Shown piece after piece: positions 39,932 through 49,301 of a stretch of DNA of 64,000 nucleotides. Both the position numbers and the translations under genes were made by a program. The DNA lies in assembly GCA_902780405.1 (NCBI GenBank), contig CACZFI010000002.1, positions 47,810 to 111,809 on the forward strand. Reading direction: 5' to 3'. Numbering within the stretch: the stretch's first letter is position 1; each line of letters opens with the position of its first letter. The DNA comes from an uncultured Lachnospiraceae bacterium (lineage in GTDB: Bacteria > Bacillota > Clostridia > Lachnospirales > Lachnospiraceae). The notes beneath the pieces were generated by a model. That model made no database searches, was not told the DNA's origin, and worked only from the letters and a program-made list of their open reading frames with translations.

Positions 39932-41218
39932 TTATACTTCCTTTGCGTTTGCAGAAAGGAAATCAAGTGCCTTGCGGGATGCAAGCTCCTTCTTCAAGGA
40001 TGCAAGTTCCTTCTCGCCCATGATCTCTTTTAACTTCTCGGGCTCCATCTGATAGCTCTCGCCGAGAACCTTAAGCTCCTCATCCACATCAGCATCGGAA
40101 ACCTCGATCTTTTCTGTCTCTACTACCTTCTCAAGCACAAGGCTGGTCTTGATTCTTGCGATCGCATCCGGCTTTACACGCTCAAGCATATCTTCCTTGG
40201 AAGTCTTCATCAGACGGAGATAATCCTCCATGCGAAGTCCCTGGTACATCATATTCTGAGCGAACTCATCGTAGATACGCTCCTGATAGTACTCTACCAT
40301 CGGCTCGGGAATATCAACTTCTGCTGAATCAGCAAGCTTCTCTACTACCTTCGCCTCGATCTGACGCTTTACTTCTCTTTCCTTCTTCACCTCAAGGATC
40401 TTCTTCACATCCTCCTTGTAAGCATCGAAGGTGTCAAACTCAGATACATCCTCAGCAAACTCATCGTTTAACTCGGGAAGCTCTGTCTCTGTGATTGCCT
40501 TTAAATTTACCTTAAATACAGCGGGCTTGCCTGCAAGATCCGTTGCATGATAATCCTCGGGGAATGTAACGTTCACGTCGAAGGAATCACCGATGTTCTT
40601 GCCTACGATCTGATCCTCGAAGGTATCGATGAAGGAATGAGAACCAAGTGTAAGCTTGTAGTCCTCAGCCTTACCGCCCTCGAACTGCTCGCCGTCCACA
40701 TAGCCGTCAAAGTCGATCACAACTTCGTCGTCAAGCTTGGCTGCGCGATCGGTTACCTCAACCTTGCGTCCGTTCTCCTTCTGGGTCTTTAAGATCTCAG
40801 CCATAACCTCATCATCGGTAACAGCCTTGTCAATCTTCTCAATCTCGATGCCCTTGTACTCACCGATCTTGATCTCCGGCTTTAAGGCAACGGTTGCTGT
40901 ATAAATGAAGGGCTTGCCCTTCTCGATCTGTACAACATCAATCTCAGGTCTTGAAACGATCTCCTCCTCACAGGCATCCACCTCTTCGGGGTAGGTCTGA
41001 CCGATCAGCTCATTTGCTGCATCCTCGTAGAATACAGCAGGGCCGTACATCTTCTCGATAAACTGCTGGGGCACCTTGCCCTTGCGGAATCCGGGTACGG
41101 AAAAACGTCCCTTGTTTTTATTGTAAGCTGCCGTTACAGCCTTTGAAAAATCCTCTGCGGGAACCTCGATGGTAAGCTTCGCCATACTGCCGTCAAGCTT
41201 CTCAAGTGTTGCACTCAT
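39932..41218 (-). CDS. tig: Trigger factor
   Basis: PGFRKGKVP and FKBP-like domain IDFDG...FEGG. Confidence 0.96.
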   Translation of the reverse strand: MSATLEKLDGSMAKLTIEVPAEDFSKAVTAAYNKNKGRFSVPGFRKGKVPQQFIEKMYGPAVFYEDAANELIGQTYPEEVDACEEEIVSRPEIDVVQIEKGKPFIYTATVALKPEIKIGEYKGIEIEKIDKAVTDDEVMAEILKTQKENGRKVEVTDRAAKLDDEVVIDFDGYVDGEQFEGGKAEDYKLTLGSHSFIDTFEDQIVGKNIGDSFDVNVTFPEDYHATDLAGKPAVFKVNLKAITETELPELNDEFAEDVSEFDTFDAYKEDVKKILEVKKEREVKRQIEAKVVEKLADSAEVDIPEPMVEYYQERIYDEFAQNMMYQGLRMEDYLRLMKTSKEDMLERVKPDAIARIKTSLVLEKVVETEKIEVSDADVDEELKVLGESYQMEPEKLKEIMGEKELASLKKELASRKALDFLSANAKEV

Positions 41219-41283
41219 GTCTTAATATATCCTCCTATTTCTATGGTTTCTGAAAATCAACTCATGAATTATATCATAAGTCC

Positions 41284-44200
41284 CTATTTTCGTCCATACT
41301 TTTTCATTTTGCGTGAAAGTACCACTGCTCCTGCGCCCGAAACGCTCATCATGAAGACGATCAGCATGATCGGTGCCATATCTCCGGTCTTCGGTGAATC
41401 TGCGGATCCCATGTATCCGTAAAGTACAGGCTCATTGGTTGCCGTCTTTGAAGGTGTTACCGTTGCATCCTTGGACTTATTGCCGGAATCTGAGGACCCG
41501 CCGTTGCCTCCGTTGCCGGGATCGGGGTTTGTCTTGCCCTTCTCGTGTGAGGTAAAGAGTGCCGCAATCACGGTGTCACCGGTAATCTTGTCGTACGCCT
41601 TGTCCCATCTTTCGAATGTGTAGGTGTACTTATCCGTAGCCTTCTTGGTCGGCGTCTTGGTGGGCGGCGTAGCTGCCTTGCCCTCCTGTACGGTTTCCGT
41701 CTTCATCACGGCACCGTCACCATCAACCCACTTCACCGTGTAGTTCTTCGGATTCGGCTTCTCTACTTTGTAAAGCGCATATACCGAGAACATATTGGTG
41801 CGGATGGAAATCTCATCGTGTGTCAGTGTCACAGACTCATAATCATCACCGCTGATGAAGGTGTATCCGTCCTCACTGTTGCCGTGCAGGGATGCCACAT
41901 AGATGGTCTGACCTGCCAGGTCGCCGAGCGGGAATGTCACCGTGATCGGCTCATAGAGATGATCGAGGAAGCAGGGTGTTTCATTTACATGAACGCCGTT
42001 CCTGTCGATAACTTCCTTCACGATGGTAAGCTCAATGTATCTTACGATCTGAGCATCTTTGCCGACACCGTCATCCAGAGCCTTCTTGGCAACACCGCTC
42101 ACATCCACATACTTTGCATGAAGCGTGATCTTGATGGAACCTCCGTTGGCTACAACCTGCTCATCGTCGGGTGTGACATTGCCCTTGTAAAGCGCGGTGT
42201 TGTAAATCTTCTCGAGTCCGTCTACCGTAAGTTCCACGTCTCCGTCATCAAGCTCAACCGCAGTGCTCTTGCCCTGATTCAGAATGAGATGCACGCCGTT
42301 CTTGGTGCCGTAATCGGTCGGATAAGTGATTCCCTCGTTTGCAACGGTCACCGACTGCTCGGAATTAAGGCTTCCGTCTGTTGCAACGATTCTGTAGGAT
42401 CCGGCAGGAATGTCATCGAAGAAGAATGCCGTATTGTCCGCATCCGTGATCTTCGCTCCCGCTACAGCCGTGTTGCCTTTGTAAAGGCTTACATAGATCG
42501 GGAAGTTCTTAAATGCATCATCCGTGCCGGTTGCATAATCCGCAGTGCCTCGGATGGTAGTACCCTTATCGTAATTCAATGTCTTGAAGGATCCGGATAC
42601 CACGATCTCTTCATTGGACGTCTTGGTCTTGGCATGTACGCGATAATCGTAAGTGGTATCCGCCTTAAGTCCCGTCCAGTTGTTGGTCAGGTGCAGACCG
42701 CTTCCGGTAGCTTCCTTGTTCACAAGTGCCGAACGATATGCGGATTCGGACCTCTTCTTGAACTCGATGTAGCATCCGCTCTCATCGATGTCGTCGGATC
42801 CCTTCACAACATCTGCCTCGATGTGTGCGCCGCTTGTGGTGATGGCACTTACAGGTGATACTGTCATGGAAAGCGGTGTGAATACCACTTCATCCGACTT
42901 GTTGCCTGCAATATCGTATGCGTAGATGGTGTAGGTGTTGTTACCTGCTGCGGTAAAGCTTCCTGTGATCAGTCCGTCGTTTTCATCAACGTGAATCGGT
43001 GTGTCATTGACATAAACCTTGGTTGCATCCGGTCCGCTCACCTGGTCTGTTACTCGGAAGTTCACGGTGACATTGCCATCCGCTACTACCGAGCTTGTGA
43101 TCTCTACCTTCGGGAGCTCGGTGTCCACCTTCAAGGTCTTAGTCGCCTTTAAGCTCTCAACGCCGGACTGGCTCACTGCATAAGCCTCAATGCTTACCTC
43201 GCCCTGCTTGTCCACTGTGAAGGACTTTGTGGCCGTGGTAAATGTATCGGAGTCGGAATTGGCTCCCTTGTTGTAGATCACCTTGTAGTGTGTGGTGACA
43301 GCCGTATTGTCCGCGGTCATGGTTGTGGAATTTACGGTTGCCTTCGGTGCCTCGGTAATATACCAGCTGTCATTACCGAGCTTACCCTCGCCCTGAAGTT
43401 CCACGTCGATGGTCGGTGTCTCGGGCGGTGTATTGGAAATCTTGTTGAATGTCTTTACCTTGGTGGCTTGATTGCCGGCCTTATCGGTAGCAACGATGGT
43501 GTAGCTGCCGTTCTTGGTAATGGTGTAGGTATACGCACTCTCCGCCGTCCAGGACTTTAAGAGGTGGGTATCATCAATTGTCAATCCATCGTACAGCTTT
43601 ACGCTATCCACGCCGGACTCGTTGGCAGGCTCGGTTACCGTAAAATTCAAGTTGATCTGCTGCTTGAACTCCGTGGAATCCACATCTTCTCCCGCGTCAA
43701 TGGTCGGCTCGTTCGGGTCATACATAAATGAACCGACGGAATCCGTAGTGTAGGAGTTGCCTGCGTTGTCATATACGACACCCTGCGCACTGTAGGCACC
43801 GGCCTCGGTATAACCGAGTGTCTTGGAGAAGGTATAACCTGTTACCTTTCCGTAATCCTTCTTGGCTGAAGCGCCTGCTTCGGTTACTGTCTCGGTTGTG
43901 GTGTCTGTTGCACCGGAGGGAAGTGTGATCTTCCACTCAAACTTGTTAAGACCGCTGGCATCATCCGTAGCCGCAGCCGCAAATGTAAGGTCATTGTACC
44001 AGATGGGGCTGTCCGGCGTGGAAGCGCTTGCCGGCGCTCCGTCTGAAGATGCACTGATCGTCGTACCGACGATAGTGTTTTCCACGATCCACTCATAGTA
44101 AGGATCGCCGGGTTTTACAGATTCGTTGGCATTGCCGGTGTTGAGTTTTAATTTACTTGCTTCGGAAGGGATTCCGAGTTCATTCTTCGCATATACGATC

Positions 44201-47200
44201 AGCTGGCCCCTGTCACCGGATCCGATGGAGAAGTTGAATGTATAACAGTCTCCTGCCTTCGTCGGATTCTTGATCACAGATTCCTTGTTGCCCACCTTGC
44301 TGCCGGACTCATCAAGGAAGTAGTAATAAAGTTCCGTACACTGGCTTCCGCTGGTCTCATAGGTCACACTGAAGTTTAAGCCGGACATATTATTATAATA
44401 TGCACCGAAGGTAAGTCCGGGTGCGAAGAAATTCGGCTTACCGGGATTCACTTCGTATGCTACCAGTCTCGGCATATCGGGATCGATATTGATGTTGGTA
44501 AGTGTTACCTTGGTCGCAACCGCATGATCTGCGGAATTGTAAAGCAGGAAGTCAATGGTTGCATTCGTCAGTTCTTCATTGATAAAGATCTGACCGGAAA
44601 GACCTGTCTCTGCTGCCGAATGGGTTGTACCCTGTGCAATGTCGGATCCTGTTCCGTTCATGGAAAGAAGTCGGATCTTGTCGTACTTGGTCGTATCCTT
44701 CGGTGTGATGGTAAGACTTCCATAGTAACCGTTCACGGGAGTCTCTGCGATCTCGTAGAAATTCTCGCCGGGGTCACGGGAAACATTCACTGTCTGAGAA
44801 TTCACAACCGTTACGGCATAGTTACCGTCCGTTGCAAATGTCGGTGTTACGGTGTAGCTGGATTCCGCAGGTGCGTACAGATTGCTCTGCAGATGATTCC
44901 ATGAAGACTGCGGATTCATACCCAGGTAATTGGTAAGGAATGCATCCGGATCCGCATCATACAGATCTCTTTCGGATGCCGCAAGTTTGGTCTTGTCCTG
45001 AACACGAACAATATAGTCCGGGTTGTCCTGTCCGAAGAGGATGTCGTTCGAAGCGCCTGTCGGAAGCTCCGTGGTCACCTTGACGGGTGCCTGGTCTACG
45101 GTGGCGATTCCGTCCGTCACGATGGTACCACCGCTTACGCCTGTAAGTTCATAGTAATCGGAGATGTCATTGTCCGATCCGTCCAATGCATGAAGCACGG
45201 CGCCGGTCAGTGTCAGGCTCTTGCCCGTACCCGCATCTTTGCCGCGTTCGCTTCCGTTATCATTCAAAGTTGCCTGTGAATCGTAGGTCACATAAACCTT
45301 GTCATTATTCACCGTAGCCGCGCCGGTAACTTTAGCGGTCGCATTAACGGAGATTGTATTCAGTCCGTCGTAAGTCTTTGAAGGTGCATCCGTTCCGCCG
45401 TTGCCGCTGAATACGGTCGTGCTGTCTAAGGCCACCTGTCTCTTGTTGATGGTGATTGTGATCGTAAGCGGTGTGCCCGTACCACCCTCGATCTCGTTCG
45501 GGTCTCTTGCGACCGCGTCGAGTGTCAGAACGTCCGTCTTGTTGGGTGTACCGGAAACGGTATATGCGTTGGTTGCACCGGTTACTCCGAGCCCATAGGT
45601 ACCTAAGGTAGATACGTCTCCGGCATCGAGTTCGATCGTTACATCCTCGCTGGCTGTACCGCCGTTCTTGTAACGTGCGGAAATCGTATGTGTGGATCCG
45701 GTCTCGCCGTAGGTATAGTCGAGGCTTGCGGTTCCGACCTGCGGCTCCCCGTCTACCAAAAACTCTAGCTGTCTGTACTCCCATACACCGACTAAGGTGA
45801 CACCGCCGACATTCTGATCCACGGTAGGATCAGCGCCGTTCACCGTAAGGCCGTTCACCGTGTTCACAGTGGCGTTCGCGATCAGGTCCGTACCTGTGGA
45901 AATTCTCCAGCCTGCCAGATAGTATGCAGGGTTCTTGCAGTAAGATGCCACCGATTCCGCTGTGGGAAGTGTTGCGGTCGAACCGTAATTATAAGTAGCA
46001 TCGGAAAGGAATTCCTGGCTGCCCGATGCGGAAAGATCGTCAATTTCGTCTGCATCGAAGAGCTGGAATCGAAGATCCACAGACTTCGGCGACCATTTGG
46101 ATGTAAACTCAACCACGTTGTTCTCGGAAGTTACGGCAAATGTCTCGCCGATGGCATGAAAGGCGTTGCCGTTGATACCTGTGAAGTTCCATCCGAAACG
46201 ATAGTAATTATATGTAGCAGCGTTGCCTACGGTGTAGTTCACGCTGGGTTTTGTCTTTCCGAAGTTCTCGGAAGACTCGGGAACGGGAAGTTCGATCACA
46301 ACCGGATTGTCATAAGCTTCCGTTGCGTTGTTTCCGTCGTCCTCAAGTCCATCGGAAATGTTAAGTGTATATTTGGTTCTTGAAACAGAGAAATAATAGT
46401 TTAACTCATAGATCTTGCTGTTGGTGGTACCACAGGAAACCGTCGTTGCCGAAGAGTTCTGTGCCGTACTGAATGCCTGATCCGTATAAAGGTAGTTCGT
46501 TCCGTCCGCCTTGTCTACCTTAAAGTAGTCCGCACTGTAGCCTGCATCCGCAAGGAGCTGAGCTGCGGGACGGAATGTAAGGGTTGCGATACGGGGCTTG
46601 TTGGTCTCTCCGTTATCTTCATAGCTTACGACAGCCGTATCATCCGTAAAGACGGTTCTCTTGCCGGCATCCGCCGTAACTAAGATGTAGTTGATCTTTA
46701 CGTCGTCGAGACCGTCCGTTCTGCCTGCGACATTCTTGGTCTCCGCAGACAAGCCAAAAGCAGAGGCAAGTGCATCCTCTGTAGTGGTATCGGAATCGGT
46801 TGTATTTGTATCGTTGGAGGTGTCGGCAGCGGGATCGTCTGCCACATCGATGACATTGTCGTCAAGTCCGTCGGAAAGATCTATGTTATCGGTATCGCTA
46901 TTTGAGGTGTTGGTATCGTCGGTTGTTAAGGCAGTGTCAGTTGCAGGATCTGCGGGATCGGTTACTTCGGACTCATCTTCCGCTGCCGCTTCGGTTGTCT
47001 CTTCCGTAGCGGTATCGAGTCCTTCCATGGATGCAGAGGACGTCAAAAACAGAGACTGTGTGATAAGAAGCGTCATCACAAGTACAGAAACTACAAGCTT
47101 CCGTCCGTTCCCCTTTCCCCAGTAGATCATATGCGAGATTGCGGTGATCACCGCAACCAAAGCAAGCGTCGGATAAACCAGGATCCGATGCTTCTTGCCG

Positions 47201-47241
47201 ACATCAAGCAGCCTTTTAACAATTCTGTCTTTCATACCCAT
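41284..47241 (-). CDS. ~1985-aa sortase-anchored multidomain surface protein
   Basis: N-terminal hydrophobic leader, acidic linker, InlB B-repeat-like units, YDG-like PSKTYDG, Ig/FN3-like segments (WTGLKADTTYDYRV), and C-terminal SPKTGD plus TM plus basic tail. Confidence 0.88.
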   Translation of the reverse strand: MGMKDRIVKRLLDVGKKHRILVYPTLALVAVITAISHMIYWGKGNGRKLVVSVLVMTLLITQSLFLTSSASMEGLDTATEETTEAAAEDESEVTDPADPATDTALTTDDTNTSNSDTDNIDLSDGLDDNVIDVADDPAADTSNDTNTTDSDTTTEDALASAFGLSAETKNVAGRTDGLDDVKINYILVTADAGKRTVFTDDTAVVSYEDNGETNKPRIATLTFRPAAQLLADAGYSADYFKVDKADGTNYLYTDQAFSTAQNSSATTVSCGTTNSKIYELNYYFSVSRTKYTLNISDGLEDDGNNATEAYDNPVVIELPVPESSENFGKTKPSVNYTVGNAATYNYYRFGWNFTGINGNAFHAIGETFAVTSENNVVEFTSKWSPKSVDLRFQLFDADEIDDLSASGSQEFLSDATYNYGSTATLPTAESVASYCKNPAYYLAGWRISTGTDLIANATVNTVNGLTVNGADPTVDQNVGGVTLVGVWEYRQLEFLVDGEPQVGTASLDYTYGETGSTHTISARYKNGGTASEDVTIELDAGDVSTLGTYGLGVTGATNAYTVSGTPNKTDVLTLDAVARDPNEIEGGTGTPLTITITINKRQVALDSTTVFSGNGGTDAPSKTYDGLNTISVNATAKVTGAATVNNDKVYVTYDSQATLNDNGSERGKDAGTGKSLTLTGAVLHALDGSDNDISDYYELTGVSGGTIVTDGIATVDQAPVKVTTELPTGASNDILFGQDNPDYIVRVQDKTKLAASERDLYDADPDAFLTNYLGMNPQSSWNHLQSNLYAPAESSYTVTPTFATDGNYAVTVVNSQTVNVSRDPGENFYEIAETPVNGYYGSLTITPKDTTKYDKIRLLSMNGTGSDIAQGTTHSAAETGLSGQIFINEELTNATIDFLLYNSADHAVATKVTLTNINIDPDMPRLVAYEVNPGKPNFFAPGLTFGAYYNNMSGLNFSVTYETSGSQCTELYYYFLDESGSKVGNKESVIKNPTKAGDCYTFNFSIGSGDRGQLIVYAKNELGIPSEASKLKLNTGNANESVKPGDPYYEWIVENTIVGTTISASSDGAPASASTPDSPIWYNDLTFAAAATDDASGLNKFEWKITLPSGATDTTTETVTEAGASAKKDYGKVTGYTFSKTLGYTEAGAYSAQGVVYDNAGNSYTTDSVGSFMYDPNEPTIDAGEDVDSTEFKQQINLNFTVTEPANESGVDSVKLYDGLTIDDTHLLKSWTAESAYTYTITKNGSYTIVATDKAGNQATKVKTFNKISNTPPETPTIDVELQGEGKLGNDSWYITEAPKATVNSTTMTADNTAVTTHYKVIYNKGANSDSDTFTTATKSFTVDKQGEVSIEAYAVSQSGVESLKATKTLKVDTELPKVEITSSVVADGNVTVNFRVTDQVSGPDATKVYVNDTPIHVDENDGLITGSFTAAGNNTYTIYAYDIAGNKSDEVVFTPLSMTVSPVSAITTSGAHIEADVVKGSDDIDESGCYIEFKKRSESAYRSALVNKEATGSGLHLTNNWTGLKADTTYDYRVHAKTKTSNEEIVVSGSFKTLNYDKGTTIRGTADYATGTDDAFKNFPIYVSLYKGNTAVAGAKITDADNTAFFFDDIPAGSYRIVATDGSLNSEQSVTVANEGITYPTDYGTKNGVHLILNQGKSTAVELDDGDVELTVDGLEKIYNTALYKGNVTPDDEQVVANGGSIKITLHAKYVDVSGVAKKALDDGVGKDAQIVRYIELTIVKEVIDRNGVHVNETPCFLDHLYEPITVTFPLGDLAGQTIYVASLHGNSEDGYTFISGDDYESVTLTHDEISIRTNMFSVYALYKVEKPNPKNYTVKWVDGDGAVMKTETVQEGKAATPPTKTPTKKATDKYTYTFERWDKAYDKITGDTVIAALFTSHEKGKTNPDPGNGGNGGSSDSGNKSKDATVTPSKTATNEPVLYGYMGSADSPKTGDMAPIMLIVFMMSVSGAGAVVLSRKMKKYGRK

Positions 47242-47442
47242 ACCTTTCACCTCAAAATGTACTGATACTCTGCCTTATAAGCACTAAAACGCGGGCATAA
47301 ATGCCCACACTGACTCAATAGTATAAGACATTTTACCATATTGCAACAAAAAATAAAATACTTTTTTATAAGATTTATACCAAATATAGTATCTTTTTTG
47401 ATTCAGGTTCGGATATTTTGTAGTTTTGCTTCCGGATTCGGA

Positions 47443-47922
47443 CTATGCGGGATAGTTCAATCTCTCGTCCGTGATCCCGGTTAAAACTTCATCGAGGAAC
47501 TTCCCGGCAAGAAACTTCGCCATCGGAAGGTTCATGTCCCGGAAATTGCCGCAGTCATGCGGGGTTGCGCCCGGTACTTCTCCCTCGAAATCAGCCATGA
47601 AACGATACATTTCCGTCATCAGCGGCACGATCTCCTCAGAAGTAAGGTCCCCGGCAAGGATCACGTAGAATCCCGTGCGGCAGCCCATCGGGCCGAAGTA
47701 GATGACGCGGTCCTTCCACTCTGCATGATTGCGGAGGAAGGTTGCACCCAGATGCTCCATGGTGTGGATCTCCGCGGTGTTCATGACCGGCTCGTAATTC
47801 GGACGGGTCATACGGATATCAAACGTCGTAAGGACGTGCCCCTCCACACTGTCTTTTCTTGAAACGTACACGCCTGGAAGAAGGCGTTCGTGATCTATTG
47901 TAAAACTTGCTATCTTTTCCAT
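47443..47922 (-). CDS. luxS: S-ribosylhomocysteine lyase (AI-2 synthase)
   Basis: MEKIASFTIDH, HTMEHLG, GPMGCRTGFY and CGN. Start reassigned to 47922. Confidence 0.96.
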   Translation of the reverse strand: MEKIASFTIDHERLLPGVYVSRKDSVEGHVLTTFDIRMTRPNYEPVMNTAEIHTMEHLGATFLRNHAEWKDRVIYFGPMGCRTGFYVILAGDLTSEEIVPLMTEMYRFMADFEGEVPGATPHDCGNFRDMNLPMAKFLAGKFLDEVLTGITDERLNYPA

Positions 47923-47957
47923 AATATATACTCCTGTGTGTATTGACGCGTCACTGT

Positions 47958-48175
47958 GCGCCTTGCATATGCCGACTGCCTTGCCGGACACGTTCGCACT
48001 AAGGTGGTAGGAATCCTGACGGATTCCCATGAAGTCGCTCAAAGCCGCGACGGGCTGTCTGCATCATAGATGCAGACCTGATTCCGCACGCAGCGGACGC
48101 TAAGCTCGAAAGAACCTCGCTAAGCGCCGGCGGCTCCACATTGTCCTTGCAATGCAGCCGCATACGCATCGGCGC
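47958..48175 (+). repeat. Structured dispersed repeat, copy 3 (expanded, with extra internal hairpins)
   Basis: Outer stem GCGCC...GGACA / TGTCC...GGCGC; core CGCAGCGGACGCTAAGCTC...CTCGCTAAGCGCCGGCG. Confidence 0.75.
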
Positions 48176-48194
48176 AGGACGACATTTCAGCGAT

Positions 48195-48321
48195 ACCTGT
48201 CATATGCTTGTTGAACGGGGTCGCCGAACACGCCGGCACTTAGCGAAGCTTCAGCTGAGCTTAGTACCGTTGCGTGTGAGATCGAAGCGAAAGCGTCCCC
48301 TGAGGCAAGCGTATGACAGGT
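48195..48321 (-). repeat. Structured dispersed repeat, copy 2
   Basis: Reverse complement of the copy 1 interior; own terminal stem ACCTGTCATATGCTTG/CAAGCGTATGACAGGT. Confidence 0.85.
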
Positions 48322-48382
48322 GAGCGCCAAGCGAATCATCTACATATCTTATCGGTAGCGGCCGCCCCTGATATTAGGCAGA

Positions 48383-49075
48383 TCACAGATTCTTCACAAT
48401 TTCGGTCACAAGCGCAACACTGTGCGCGATGGCTTTACGTTCGAAGGACGGATAGTCTTCCGTTGCGGAATCGTCCGCCTTGTCGGAGATTGCCCTAATC
48501 ACCAGAAAGGGAATGCCGTTAAGGTAAGCAGCCTGCGCGATCGAAGCGCCCTCCATCTCTGTACAATCGCCGTGAAAGGTGTCAAGAATACGCTGCTTGG
48601 TCGCTTTGTCCGAGATAAACTGATCACCGGAAACCACGCGACCCACAAAGGTCTTGATATCCGGATTGACACGTTCATTGCAGTCCTTTGCAAGGGAAAG
48701 CAGTTTTTCGTCTGCAGTGAAGGTAGACTGCTTCATTCGGGGGATCACGCCGGGCTTGTAACCGAAGCCCGTAGCATCCATATCATGCTGCAACGCATCC
48801 TTTGACAAAACGATATCTCCGATATCAATAGCCGCATTGAGGCTGCCTGCGATACCGGTATTGATCACAGCATCTACGCCGTAGGTATCTGCAAGGATCT
48901 GCGTACAGCAGGCTGCATTGACCTTACCGATGCCGCTTCGCACGATCACGACATCCTTACCGCAAAACTTGCCTCGGTTAAATTCCATGGATGCGATGGT
49001 CCTTACTTCGACATCCGTCATTTGCTCTTTTAATTTGGACACTTCTTCGTCCATGGCGCCGATAATTCCTACCAT
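48383..49075 (-). CDS. mtnN: MTA/SAH nucleosidase (Pfs)
   Basis: GIIGAMDEE, SGIGKVNAA, SGDQFI, EMEGAS and IRAISDKAD. Confidence 0.96.
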   Translation of the reverse strand: MVGIIGAMDEEVSKLKEQMTDVEVRTIASMEFNRGKFCGKDVVIVRSGIGKVNAACCTQILADTYGVDAVINTGIAGSLNAAIDIGDIVLSKDALQHDMDATGFGYKPGVIPRMKQSTFTADEKLLSLAKDCNERVNPDIKTFVGRVVSGDQFISDKATKQRILDTFHGDCTEMEGASIAQAAYLNGIPFLVIRAISDKADDSATEDYPSFERKAIAHSVALVTEIVKNL

Positions 49076-49098
49076 ATGTACCTCCTATATACACGCGC

Positions 49099-49237
49099 CA
49101 GTCGGCGAGCAGGTTGTGTTGCCTGGACACGCTTGCGCTAAATTCAGCTCGCAGCGGTACTAGGCTCGACAATACCTCGCCAAGTACCGGCGGCTTCATG
49201 TTGTCCTGGCAACGCAACCACTCGCCGCCCGACACTG
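49099..49237 (+). repeat. Structured dispersed repeat, copy 4 (fills the mtnN 5' region)
   Basis: Stem GGCGAG..GGTTGTGTTGCC.GGACA / TGTCC.GGCAACGCAACC.CTCGCC; core CGCAGCGGTACTAGGCTC...CTCGCCAAGTACCGGCG. Confidence 0.8.
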
Positions 49238-49254
49238 TATTATATGTCTTGTTA

Positions 49255-49283
49255 AAAACAAACCCCCGATAATTATCGGGGGT
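49255..49283 (-). terminator. Terminator of the butyrate operon
   Basis: ACCCCCGATAATTATCGGGGGT hairpin followed by a T-rich run on the minus strand. Confidence 0.8.
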
Positions 49284-49301
49284 CTGAATGATTTGTTTGA
49301 A

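Noticed and set aside
47923-48042. N-terminal extension of LuxS in the ORF track (199 aa)
   Set aside because: The extension runs through repeat copy 3; the family N-terminus MEKIASFTIDH has its own AGGAG RBS at 47922.
49245-49262. Possible Rex box (TTGTT...AACAA) near the mtnN promoter
   Set aside because: The arm spacing does not fit TTGTTAA-N4-TTAACAA, and the sequence overlaps the terminator tail.
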